The notes under the pieces were generated by a model. The model was not told the DNA's origin and did not search any database. It saw nothing but the letters and a program-made list of their open reading frames with translations. The position numbers and the translations under genes were made by a program. DNA of 64,000 bases from an uncultured Actinomycetes bacterium (GTDB lineage Bacteria > Actinomycetota > Thermoleophilia > RBG-16-64-13). Location: contig CAWJDT010000001.1 of the NCBI GenBank assembly GCA_963841735.1, forward strand, positions 800,001 to 864,000, written 5' to 3'. This document shows positions 37,907 through 47,062 of the stretch, piece after piece; position 1 is the first letter of the stretch, and every line of letters begins with the position of its first letter.

Positions 37907-39024
37907 TCAGGCGTTCACCCTTTGCCACGGCCGCCGTCCTACCGGCGTTACTGGTGGCGCTGATGCTGGCTCTGGGAGTCGCCGCGTGCGGCTCAGGCGA
38001 CGACGGCTCAACGGACACTTCGCAGCCCGGCACCATCACCATCACCGACCAGGCCGGTCGCCCCCTGACGATCCCCGACTCCATCAAGACCGTCTACTGC
38101 ACAAGCCCGATGGGCACCAACCTCATGTACACGCTGGCTCCAGAGATGCTGGTGGGCTGGAACATCACTCCCACCGCTCTGGAGAAGCAGTACATTCCCG
38201 AGCAGTACCTGCCGTCGGTGGGTCTGGGCGGCTGGTTCGGCAAGAACACCACAGGCAACGTCGAGGAGATCATCAAGCGCGATCCAGACGTGATCCTCTC
38301 TATCGGCTACCTGGACGAGGCCGCCATCTCCGATGCCGACCGCATCCAGGGGTTGCTCAACATACCGGTGATCATGATCAATGGGTATCTGGTTGATAGC
38401 GCCGAGACCTATCGTTACATTGGTGAGCTGCTGGGAGTGCAAGAACGAGCCGAGGAGTTGGCCGCCTACTGCGATGGGGTGATCAAGGAGGCGCAGACCA
38501 ACGCGGCGCTGATTCCCGATGCCGAGCGAGTGAGGGTGTACTACGCGGAGGGCACGAAGGGGCTTAACACCGACCCGGTTGGTTCTGAGCACACCGAGGT
38601 GTTGGAGCTGGTGGGGGGAGCAAACGTCGCCGACGTCAACGCGGAGTCGGAATACGGGATGGCACCGGTGTCACTGGAGCAGGTTCTTGTGTGGAACCCT
38701 GAGGTCATCCTGGTGGCCAGCGATCCCAAAGAGGAGAGCGTCGCCTACCACGAGATCACCACGGGCTCCCAATGGGCCACCATGACCGCCGTGAAAAGCG
38801 GCCAGGTCTATCAGATACCTCGGGGCCCGTTCGACTGGTTCGATCGCCCCCCTTGTGTCGCGCGCATATTGGGGGTCCGGTGGCTCGGCAACCTGCTCTA
38901 TCCGGACCTCTATCAGTACGACATGAAGGCCGAAGTCAGTGAGTTCTACGATCTCTTCTTTCATATCAACCTGACCGATGCGCAACTGGAGACCCTCATG
39001 GCGCGAGCCGTTAGGAGCAAGTGA
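37903..39024 (+). CDS. Class III ABC substrate-binding lipoprotein
   Basis: Lipobox VAAC, TDQAGR, NVEEII..PD, VSLEQV..WNP, PFDWFDRPP; GTG start after GGAGG. Confidence 0.9.
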   Translation: MIRRSPFATAAVLPALLVALMLALGVAACGSGDDGSTDTSQPGTITITDQAGRPLTIPDSIKTVYCTSPMGTNLMYTLAPEMLVGWNITPTALEKQYIPEQYLPSVGLGGWFGKNTTGNVEEIIKRDPDVILSIGYLDEAAISDADRIQGLLNIPVIMINGYLVDSAETYRYIGELLGVQERAEELAAYCDGVIKEAQTNAALIPDAERVRVYYAEGTKGLNTDPVGSEHTEVLELVGGANVADVNAESEYGMAPVSLEQVLVWNPEVILVASDPKEESVAYHEITTGSQWATMTAVKSGQVYQIPRGPFDWFDRPPCVARILGVRWLGNLLYPDLYQYDMKAEVSEFYDLFFHINLTDAQLETLMARAVRSK

Positions 39025-39028
39025 GCCC

Positions 39029-39574
39029 ATGCGTTCCCTAGAAGAAGACCTGGCTGCCGCCCAAGCCTTTCACGGCCACCTGTGCCACGGCATGGTGATG
39101 GGAGTGCGGCTCGCCCGCTACGCCTGCCGGGAACTGGGGATCGACGATCCTCACTCGTACCGGGATCTGGTGGTCTACGTGGAAATGGACCGCTGTGCCA
39201 GCGATGCGGTGAGCGTGGCGGCCGGTGTGACGCTGGGCAAACGGCGTCTGAAGTGGGTGGACTACGGCAAGATGGCCGCCACCTTTGTCGACCTGGCTAC
39301 AGGCCGGGCGCTGCGTGTTGCTCCCCGCCCCGAGGTGCCACACGCAGGCCGGGACACCGACCCGCTCGTGTTGTGGAAAGATTGGACCGACGAGCGGCTC
39401 TTCAGTTGTACCCCTGTCAATATGACCGTCCCCGAGGGGGACAGGCCGGGGCACTCGATCCGCAGTGTGCTGTGCGCGGAATGCGGCGAGAAGGTGAGCG
39501 ACGGCCGCGAGGTAGTGCAAGAGGACCGTACCCTGTGCCGGGCCTGCGCTCATGGGCCCTACTACCAGGTTTGA
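39029..39574 (+). CDS. FmdE family protein with C-terminal zinc finger
   Basis: FHGHLCHG, E.DRC.SDA, CAECGE...LCRAC. Confidence 0.9.
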   Translation: MRSLEEDLAAAQAFHGHLCHGMVMGVRLARYACRELGIDDPHSYRDLVVYVEMDRCASDAVSVAAGVTLGKRRLKWVDYGKMAATFVDLATGRALRVAPRPEVPHAGRDTDPLVLWKDWTDERLFSCTPVNMTVPEGDRPGHSIRSVLCAECGEKVSDGREVVQEDRTLCRACAHGPYYQV

Positions 39575-39606
39575 CGCAGCTGTCGTGCGCTTCCGGCTGA
39601 AGGTAG

Positions 39607-40182
39607 GTGTTGATGCGGTCGCATGGGCTGATCTACGTAATCACAGGAGAGCGGGGATCGGGCAAGAGTACTGTCTGCGCCCAGGTGGCCCGCGAAGCCG
39701 CAGGCCGGGGAATGGTGGTGGCCGGGATACTCACCGAACGCTCGTCGCCCGAGCCGGGCGCAGCCAGAAGAGTGGTCGACCTGCGCTCTGGCCAAGCCAG
39801 GCCTTTCGGTGTTCAGTCCGCGCGCGGCTCAGGCTTGGGGCAGTCCGACCCGCTCACCCCCAGTTGGGAGTTTGACTCAGAGGGCTTCGCCTGGGCCAAC
39901 GAGGTCTTCGCCCGCTGCACCCCGTGTGACCTCTTGATTGTCGACGAACTGGGTCCCCTGGAGTTGCTGGGCGGTCGCGGTTGGACGGCGGCGCTCGCGG
40001 CGCTCAGCTCGCGCGACTTCGGCGCGGCCCTGGTGGTGTGCCGGCCCGGTCTGCTGGCGCAACTGGAGACTAGTCTAGGTGCCTCGCCCCGTGGGATGTT
40101 CGCGGTCGATGCTGAAAGCAGGGATAGCCTACACGCCGTGATCATTGAGGCGTTGCCGCGTGTCGACGACGGCGACCGGTAA
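39607..40182 (+). CDS. P-loop NTPase (THEP1/DUF2478-like)
   Basis: ITGERGSGKST; LLIVDELGPLE. Confidence 0.8.
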   Translation: MLMRSHGLIYVITGERGSGKSTVCAQVAREAAGRGMVVAGILTERSSPEPGAARRVVDLRSGQARPFGVQSARGSGLGQSDPLTPSWEFDSEGFAWANEVFARCTPCDLLIVDELGPLELLGGRGWTAALAALSSRDFGAALVVCRPGLLAQLETSLGASPRGMFAVDAESRDSLHAVIIEALPRVDDGDR

Positions 40183-40187
40183 AGCTA

Positions 40188-40215
40188 GGGCTCCCGCCTG
40201 TCTAGGCGGGAGCCC
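40188..40215. terminator. Hairpin between convergent genes
   Basis: GGGCTCCCGCCT-gtct-AGGCGGGAGCCC. Confidence 0.65.
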
Positions 40216-40247
40216 CGAAGTCTCGTCCCAAGGTTCTGCTGAAGGTT

Positions 40248-42158
40248 CTACGGGGCTGTCGTATCCGTCGTCGACGTTGGCAACGTCGTAGTCGACGAAG
40301 TGGAGGACGGCGGCGGACCCGCGGTGGTGACAGTCGTCACAGGCACCGTGGTGACAGTCGTCGCGGTGCCCACTATGGTCTTGCGCGGAATCATAGGCCA
40401 GTAGCTGCTGAACTTCTCGCTGGTCTTCGTGCCGTCGGCCCAGGTGATGGTGCGGGTGGTCACGCACTGCATGCCTCCCTGACCCCCGATCTCGACGTCT
40501 GTGTAACCCACGGGTTTGGTGGGGTCCTGCACGGTCACGTCGGTGCGGCCGACATGGCCATAGAAGCCGGAGAAGGTATAGTTCACGTCGCGGCCGTCGT
40601 CGGTGCCGTAGATATAGAACGTGGTCAACGCGCCGTTGGACTCACCAACGATCCAGATGTAGTTGTCCATGTCGTTGCTGAAGCGTAGGTTCTTGCCGCC
40701 CGTAGTGACAGTGGCGTCTCTGCCGTCGGGGTAGTGGCTGATGTAGATGGAGTGATTCCAGCGCTCGTCGACTTTGAGCCCCGCGAAGAACACCGCGTTG
40801 AAGAGCGTGGTGGAAACTTGGCAGATGCCGCCTCCATAGACGTCTTCCAGCTTGCCTGGGCCGACGATGCCGGGGGCGGTTAGAAAGCCACGGGAGGCGA
40901 TTCGGGGACCGATCTGCTTGTCAACGTCGAATGTGTCCCCAGGAGCCATGAGGATGTCGCTGCAGTACTGGGTAGCCATGCGGACGTTCTGCCGCCGGTT
41001 GGCGGTGCCCCAGTATTCGGGAGTGGTGTACTTCGCCAGCCGGTCCTTGATCCCCAGGGCTTCCGCTTCGGCTGTGGTGAAGTCAGGCTCGGCCGCTGTC
41101 ACAGCCAACTGGGCGATGCGCTCGGTGGTCTTGCGGGCGGCTTCAGTTATGGCCTCGGCGGTCTTTTCCGGGTCGAGCTTCTCGCCATCTACACCGGGCA
41201 CGACCGAGGCCGTGGTGCCGTCGTGGGTGAAGTGGGCATCCACCGGTGCTGTGGCCACCAACGCTTCGATGCTCGCGAAGAACTCCGTCATCTTTGCAGC
41301 TGAGAGAAACGGCACCGAGGCGTTGGCGCCCGTCTGTTCCTCCTGCCGCACGTCTAGAAAGCTCGACAACTGCGTGGGGGTCAAGGTCCAAGACTGATCG
41401 CCGCGGGTCAATTGTACGGGTGCGCCCACCATAGACTGCGCCTGGTCAATGACCGGCTGCAGGTCGGCGGCCGTCAGGCTTGGTGTGGTGACCACCAGTG
41501 GGATAGGAACCTCCGCCGTCTCGAAGGCAAACACCAAGGCCTTCAATTGCTCGCGCAGCGCTTCCTGATCGACGGCGCGTCCCTCTTGGGCTTCGGCCAC
41601 CTCCATCTGTCCGTCGGTGACGGTCAGGAGAGCATCGATGGCAGGTTGGTCGAGCTCCTGCGCTATCTCGGCGAGGACGGCGTCCATCTTGGTGCTGTCG
41701 ATGGTGCCCGTGAGCGGGAAGTCTTGGTGGCTGAAAAACAGCTTCCACCTCCGCCCCAGATCGACGAAACCGTTGCTCTGCCGGGTCAAGTCGTATGCGG
41801 CTGTCACCGCGCCTTGGACGTCAGTCAGGGTGCCGAGGTCGGCGGGCAGGATATCCCAGGTCTTGTCACCGCTGGAGACGGTGATCGGCTCGCTCTGGAG
41901 TTGGCTCAGGTACTTGTTGACGGCGGCCACCGCTTCGTCCTGGGTGAGCCCGCCCAAGTCTTGTCCGGCGACGCTTATGCCGGAATGAATTTTGCTGTGA
42001 GAAACGCCGGCCTCGATGAGGATGGCCAGTCCAAAGACCAGCACGACCGCGCCGACTGCTATGAGAACGCGGGCCCAGATAGGCCCTAGGTTGGGTATGC
42101 GACCGCGAAACCGCGAGGACCCAGACTTGGGCCGGCCGGTGTCAAGCAGATTATTCAA
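40248..42158 (-). CDS. VanW family protein with PG_binding_4 repeats and Thr-rich tail
   Basis: N-terminal TM; GGGICQVSTTLFNA; NHS..ISHYP.GRDAT. Confidence 0.88.
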   Translation of the reverse strand: MNNLLDTGRPKSGSSRFRGRIPNLGPIWARVLIAVGAVVLVFGLAILIEAGVSHSKIHSGISVAGQDLGGLTQDEAVAAVNKYLSQLQSEPITVSSGDKTWDILPADLGTLTDVQGAVTAAYDLTRQSNGFVDLGRRWKLFFSHQDFPLTGTIDSTKMDAVLAEIAQELDQPAIDALLTVTDGQMEVAEAQEGRAVDQEALREQLKALVFAFETAEVPIPLVVTTPSLTAADLQPVIDQAQSMVGAPVQLTRGDQSWTLTPTQLSSFLDVRQEEQTGANASVPFLSAAKMTEFFASIEALVATAPVDAHFTHDGTTASVVPGVDGEKLDPEKTAEAITEAARKTTERIAQLAVTAAEPDFTTAEAEALGIKDRLAKYTTPEYWGTANRRQNVRMATQYCSDILMAPGDTFDVDKQIGPRIASRGFLTAPGIVGPGKLEDVYGGGICQVSTTLFNAVFFAGLKVDERWNHSIYISHYPDGRDATVTTGGKNLRFSNDMDNYIWIVGESNGALTTFYIYGTDDGRDVNYTFSGFYGHVGRTDVTVQDPTKPVGYTDVEIGGQGGMQCVTTRTITWADGTKTSEKFSSYWPMIPRKTIVGTATTVTTVPVTTVTTAGPPPSSTSSTTTLPTSTTDTTAP

Positions 42159-42273
42159 GAACGATCACACTCCTGATCCTGAATTCGAGGATGGTACAAG
42201 GTACCAGATGCTACTTGCTTCAAAAAGGTTTCCTCAGTCATGACGCCGGTCCTGCATACGCGTGTATCGGACG

Positions 42274-44151
42274 TCACGGAGTCGACGCGGTGGTGGTCGG
42301 TTCCGACACTGTGGTCGTGGTAGTCGATGGCGGGGTGGTCGTGGTGGTGGTCGCCGTTCCTACCGCGATCTGCTTGTCTATCGGCAGCCAGCTGCTGTAG
42401 AACTTGTCCACCTTCGTCCGGCCGTCGGGCCAGGTAATTGTGCGGGTGACCAGGCACTTCTGGCCGTCCTGGCCCTCAGTCTTGATCAAGGTAGTCCCGA
42501 CGCCCAGCATCGGGTCTTCGGTGGTGACCGAACCGCGTGCAACGGTGTCGTAAAACTCGCCCGTCTTGATGTCGACCGTGCGCCCGTCGTCGGTACCGTA
42601 GATGCTGAAGACGGTAGTGACCCCGTCAGACGAGCCCCGGACCAGGATGTAGTTGGCGGTGTCGTTCACGAAGCGCAGGTTGGGACTGACGTCACTGACC
42701 GTTGCGTCTCTGCCTTTGGGGTAGTGGCTGATGAGAATGGAGTGGTTCCTGCGCTCCTTTATCTCTAGGCCCGCCTCGAGGGCGGCATTGAAGACCGTAG
42801 TGGAGACCTGGCAGATGCCTCCGCCGTATACATCCTCCAATTTACCTGGTCCGACGATGCCGGGTGCGGTCAGGAACCCTCGCTCGGGTGTGCGCGGCCC
42901 GATCTCTTCTATGAAGTTGAACTCCTCGCCGGGGGCGAGCAGCACGTCACTGACATACTCGGTGGCCATGCGTACGTTCTGCTGCCTATTGGGGGTGCCC
43001 CCGTAGGTGGTCTTGTACCCGAGCCCCAGCTTGTCCTTGATGCCCATGGCCTCGGCCTCTTCGGTGGTGCGGGCGGGGTCGGTGGTCATGAGTACCGCCT
43101 CCACACTGCGACCGCCCGTCTTCAGCGCAGCGGCTGTGAGGGCCTCCGCGGTCTTCTCTGCGTCGAGTGTCTGGCCCTGCACCCCCGCTACGACCCAAGC
43201 CTGCGTTCCGTCGCTTTTCCAGGTGGCGTCGACGGCTTCGGTCCCCACAGCGTCGGCAACCTCCTCAAAGAGCGAAGCCATCTTCTCGGGCGAAAGGTAT
43301 GGCACCAGGGTGGAGACCCCGCTGCGGTCTTCGGCCCCGAAATCCAGATAGGCGGCGATCTTGTCGGGAGACAATGTCCACGTATGGTCGCCGCTAGTCA
43401 GCTTCAGCGATGAAGAGAACATGATCTGTGCTTGTGTCTTTGCCGCCTCGTTGTCCTCGGCCGCTACGCTCGGCTCCTTGACGATCATGGGGACTTCGAG
43501 ATCGCTCGAGTGGAGGCTGAAGAGAAGCGTCTTCAACTGCTCCCGCAAGGAGTCCTGATCGACCACTCGGCCCTTCTCGGCATCGACCACCTGGAGCTCG
43601 CCGTCAACCACCACCAAGCCGGCGTCGACGGGAGGCATGTCGATCTCGGCGGCCACCATCCCGAGCACGGCGTCCATCTTCTCGCTGTCGACAGTGCCTC
43701 GGAGGGGGATGTCGTTGTCGCCGAAATACAGCTTCATCCGTCTGGCTACGTCGGCAAAGAAGTTGCTGTCGCGGGTGTAACCCATGGCGGCGGACACGGC
43801 CCCCGTCACGTCGATATCGGTGCCCACGTCGGCGGGCATGATTTCCCAGGTCTTGTCACCGCTGGTGAGGGTGATGGGCTTCTTGCCCGCCTCTTTGACG
43901 AAACGGTCAAGAAGGGCGGTGGCCTCGTCGCGGGTGAGGCCTCCCAAGTTCTGCTCGGATACTCTCACGCCGGAATGGACTTTGTTGTAGTAGACTCCCG
44001 CATCGACTAGGATGGCCAGCAGCAAGATGGCCACCAATATGCCTGTGATGATCAGGGCGCGCAGCCTCGCCAAACTCGCTTTTGGTCGGCGGGTGCGGTG
44101 CTTTTTGGTGGAGCCGCGCTGGCGCTGATCTTGGTTACGCTGATTTGTCAA
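42274..44151 (-). CDS. VanW family protein (tandem paralog)
   Basis: Same architecture; GGGICQVSTTVFNA. Confidence 0.88.
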   Translation of the reverse strand: MTNQRNQDQRQRGSTKKHRTRRPKASLARLRALIITGILVAILLLAILVDAGVYYNKVHSGVRVSEQNLGGLTRDEATALLDRFVKEAGKKPITLTSGDKTWEIMPADVGTDIDVTGAVSAAMGYTRDSNFFADVARRMKLYFGDNDIPLRGTVDSEKMDAVLGMVAAEIDMPPVDAGLVVVDGELQVVDAEKGRVVDQDSLREQLKTLLFSLHSSDLEVPMIVKEPSVAAEDNEAAKTQAQIMFSSSLKLTSGDHTWTLSPDKIAAYLDFGAEDRSGVSTLVPYLSPEKMASLFEEVADAVGTEAVDATWKSDGTQAWVVAGVQGQTLDAEKTAEALTAAALKTGGRSVEAVLMTTDPARTTEEAEAMGIKDKLGLGYKTTYGGTPNRQQNVRMATEYVSDVLLAPGEEFNFIEEIGPRTPERGFLTAPGIVGPGKLEDVYGGGICQVSTTVFNAALEAGLEIKERRNHSILISHYPKGRDATVSDVSPNLRFVNDTANYILVRGSSDGVTTVFSIYGTDDGRTVDIKTGEFYDTVARGSVTTEDPMLGVGTTLIKTEGQDGQKCLVTRTITWPDGRTKVDKFYSSWLPIDKQIAVGTATTTTTTPPSTTTTTVSEPTTTASTP

Positions 44152-44245
44152 GAATGGTCTGCTCCTGGAATCAAAGGTGCTACAAGATATCAGATGCTGT
44201 GACCATCAGGTAGGGTTCCCGCGATGGCGGGCCTGGTAGGCGGCC

Positions 44246-45406
44246 GTGCGCTTCAGTGTGCCTGAGCGCCCGCGTGGGGCTAGAACTCCCCAAACTATCG
44301 GGCTGGGCGAGACTCGGCGACTGGCCCTGCTGGAGCGGCTCCTGGCTACGCTGGCCCCCGAGGGCTCTGAGGCTTTCGACTGTGTGGTTTCAGGGGAGTC
44401 GCTGGGCAAAGAGTTCGGACTGTCTCGGGCCGCCGTACACAAGCACGTTGAGCACCTGCGCGCGCTTGGTTTTGCCTTGGAGTCTGCCGGCGGTGCCGGC
44501 TACCGGTTGACTCGCCCGTTCACCGACCTGGTCGCGCCTGAGGCCGTGCTGCCCCACCTTCTTGAGCGCATGGACCCAGAATGGGCCTGGGTAGCGGGTC
44601 TTCCCTACCACTACCAAGCTCGCTGCCCCTCCACGAATGCTGTCTTGAGGCAGGAGGCGGCTTCTTCTCCCTCTGGGACCATGGTGGTGACCGACGACCA
44701 GACTGGGGGGCGCGGTAGGCTGGGCCGTACCTGGGTCAGCGAGCCGGGCAAGGATCTGACCTTCTCGGTTTTGGTGTTGCCGTCGCTTGCGCCTGCGCAG
44801 GTCCACCTGCTTTCCTTGGCCGCGGCTCTGGCTGTGGCCGACACCATCGACGAACTGTTGCGCGCCGAAGGCGTCGAGGGGCTCGTGCAGGTGAAGTGGC
44901 CCAACGACGTGCTGGTGGACGGGAAGAAGGTGTGCGGCGTCCTTCTGGAGGGTTCTCTGGACTCCGACCGGGTGCTCTGGGCGATCGCCGGCATCGGGCT
45001 CAACGTCAACAGTGCTCCATCGGCCATGGTCTGCCGCCTTGGGCCACAACAGAGGCCGGACTGGCAGGGCAGGCCGCATCCACTCTCGCTAAGTGAGCAC
45101 CTGGGCCACCAAGTGCCCCGGGCTCCTCTGCTGGCGGGACTGCTGTGCTCTCTGACTCGGCGCTGGAACCAGGCCGGTGCGCCGGGCGTGCTGGATGACC
45201 TCCGCAGGCGGGACGCCCTGGCAGGCCGGCGGATCGAGGTCTTTGCCGGGCCACCGGGCAACGAACCAGTGGTAGCGGGCGAGGCTGCCGGCATCGGGCC
45301 GGAGGGCCAATTGCTGGTGCTCGACTCCACCGGGAGGACGGTGCCCGTCTTCGCAGGAGAGGTGACTGTGCGAGAGCCGGTAAACCGGACGGGGGAGCGC
45401 GGTTGA
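44246..45406 (+). CDS. birA: Bifunctional biotin ligase/repressor
   Basis: HTH SGESLG...SRAAVHKHV; STN, QTGGRGRLGR, KWPND, KVCGVL. Confidence 0.93.
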   Translation: MRFSVPERPRGARTPQTIGLGETRRLALLERLLATLAPEGSEAFDCVVSGESLGKEFGLSRAAVHKHVEHLRALGFALESAGGAGYRLTRPFTDLVAPEAVLPHLLERMDPEWAWVAGLPYHYQARCPSTNAVLRQEAASSPSGTMVVTDDQTGGRGRLGRTWVSEPGKDLTFSVLVLPSLAPAQVHLLSLAAALAVADTIDELLRAEGVEGLVQVKWPNDVLVDGKKVCGVLLEGSLDSDRVLWAIAGIGLNVNSAPSAMVCRLGPQQRPDWQGRPHPLSLSEHLGHQVPRAPLLAGLLCSLTRRWNQAGAPGVLDDLRRRDALAGRRIEVFAGPPGNEPVVAGEAAGIGPEGQLLVLDSTGRTVPVFAGEVTVREPVNRTGERG

Positions 45407-45432
45407 CAGACCCGGATGCGCCCGGGTAGACT
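45380..45432 (+). promoter_or_regulatory. BirA operator overlapping the bioY promoter
   Basis: GTAAAC-N16-GTTGAC (45380-45407); -35 TTGACA 45403, 18-nt spacer, -10 TAGACT 45427. Confidence 0.65.
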
Positions 45433-45482
45433 GCGGCCGTCGGCTCACAGGTGCCGGCAGGCGACGGCGAAGAGAGGACGAC

Positions 45483-46133
45483 ATGAAGCGGAATCTACAC
45501 ATCATGGCGGTAGATCGTTCAGAGGCGCTGGTCGTCGACGCGCCTGGGTATGCGCGCGCTGCCGGCCGACACGCGGTAATGGGCGCGCTTCTGGTGGTGG
45601 CCGGCATAGGGGTGTTGACGGCCAGCGCTTGGTTGTCGGTGCCTTTTTACCCGGTGCCGCTGACCATGCAGACTCTGGCTGTTCTGTTGGTCGGGGGCCT
45701 CTTGGGGCCCAAGCGGGGGACCGCCGCGGTGGTGGGCTATCTGGCGCTGGGTCTTGCGGGAGCGCCCGTCTTCCACGGTGGCTTGGGAGGGCCTGCCGTC
45801 TTTGCGGGACCGACCGGCGGTTATCTGCTGGGCTTCGTACCCGCCGCTTTGCTGATGGGTTTGGCGGCCGACTGGGCGCTGAGAGGGGCGAGGCGGGTGC
45901 GACCGCTTGGGCAGTTCCTGATCCTGGCGGCCGGTGCCGTATCCGCGGAGATCGTCATCCTCTGCCTGGGAGTCTCATGGCTTACCATAATCTTTGGGCT
46001 CGGCCTGCGCGAGGCCTTGGCCTTGGGCTTCGTGCCCTTTCTCTTGGGCGATCTGCTCAAGGCCGCGGTTGCCATCGGCGCCATCCGTGGGGGCCGGAGC
46101 GCGCTCGCCCGCTGGGGGTCGCTACCCCTCTAG
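45483..46133 (+). CDS. bioY: Biotin transporter
   Basis: PVPLTMQT, GLAGAPVF, GPTGGYLLGF, PFLLGDLLK. Confidence 0.93.
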   Translation: MKRNLHIMAVDRSEALVVDAPGYARAAGRHAVMGALLVVAGIGVLTASAWLSVPFYPVPLTMQTLAVLLVGGLLGPKRGTAAVVGYLALGLAGAPVFHGGLGGPAVFAGPTGGYLLGFVPAALLMGLAADWALRGARRVRPLGQFLILAAGAVSAEIVILCLGVSWLTIIFGLGLREALALGFVPFLLGDLLKAAVAIGAIRGGRSALARWGSLPL

Positions 46134-46185
46134 ATGATATTGTGCCCGGCGATGTGTGCGGCTAGGGAAAGGAACGGGCCAGACT

Positions 46186-47004
46186 TTGACCGTCCTTGAT
46201 GCTCTGATTCTCGGAATAACCCAGGGACTGACCGAGTTCCTTCCTGTCTCCAGCTCCGGTCATCTGGTCTTGGTGCCCGAGTTCTTCAACATGCCGGCAC
46301 CCACGCTGGGATTCGACATCCTCATGCACCTGGCCACTCTGGTCGCTGTGCTCGGCTACTTCATTAGAGACGTGGTCAAGATGGTGGTCTCGCTGGTCGC
46401 TCCCGCTCGTATGAGCCAGAAGGAAGTCAGATTTTGGCGGCGCCTCTTCTTGTGGTTGGTGGTCGGGTCCATCCCGGCTGCGATAGCCGGTTTCGCGTTC
46501 GCCAGCTACTTCGAAGACCTCTTCTCGAGTACCCTGGCCGTAGGAGTGTTTCTTATGGTGACGAGTTTGCTGCTCTGGGGCTCGGATTTCGTCATGGAGA
46601 GAGTGAAACGCGAGCCCGTGCAGCTCGATAGGATGCGGGCGGGTGACGCGATAATAATCGGATGCTTCCAAGCTCTGGCTATCGCTCCCGGACTAAGTCG
46701 TTCGGGCTCGACCATCGCCGCCGGGGTGTTCTTGGGCTTCGACCGGCCGACAGCGGCGCGTTTCTCGTTTCTGCTTAGTATTCCCGCCATCCTCGGTGCC
46801 ACCCTGGCCAACGTCGGGGACATCAGCGGCGGGTTTGCGGGCGCCAGCGGGACGGCCTATGCGGTGGGTGCACTCGTCGCGGCCATCTCGGGATTCCTAG
46901 CCGTCTTCTTTCTCATGCGCTGGATCAAGGAGCACCGGTTGCGCGGTTTTGGCATCTACACCGCCGCGTTGGGCATTCTGACCATTCTGCTGTCGGTGCT
47001 GTAG
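46186..47004 (+). CDS. uppP: Undecaprenyl-diphosphate phosphatase
   Basis: QGLTEFLPVSSSGH; PGLSRSGSTI; FSFLLSIPAI. Confidence 0.95.
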   Translation: MTVLDALILGITQGLTEFLPVSSSGHLVLVPEFFNMPAPTLGFDILMHLATLVAVLGYFIRDVVKMVVSLVAPARMSQKEVRFWRRLFLWLVVGSIPAAIAGFAFASYFEDLFSSTLAVGVFLMVTSLLLWGSDFVMERVKREPVQLDRMRAGDAIIIGCFQALAIAPGLSRSGSTIAAGVFLGFDRPTAARFSFLLSIPAILGATLANVGDISGGFAGASGTAYAVGALVAAISGFLAVFFLMRWIKEHRLRGFGIYTAALGILTILLSVL

Positions 47005-47062
47005 GGGCGGCGGAGTCGGCCAGAGGTCGCTGTAGTCGGAGGGGCGCGTGGGTGGGCGCAGG

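Noticed and set aside
4634-46181. Identical 16-mer GGAAAGGAACGGGCCA at 4634 and 46166
   Set aside because: Both overlap ribosome-binding regions; only two copies and no structure, so probably chance or RBS convergence
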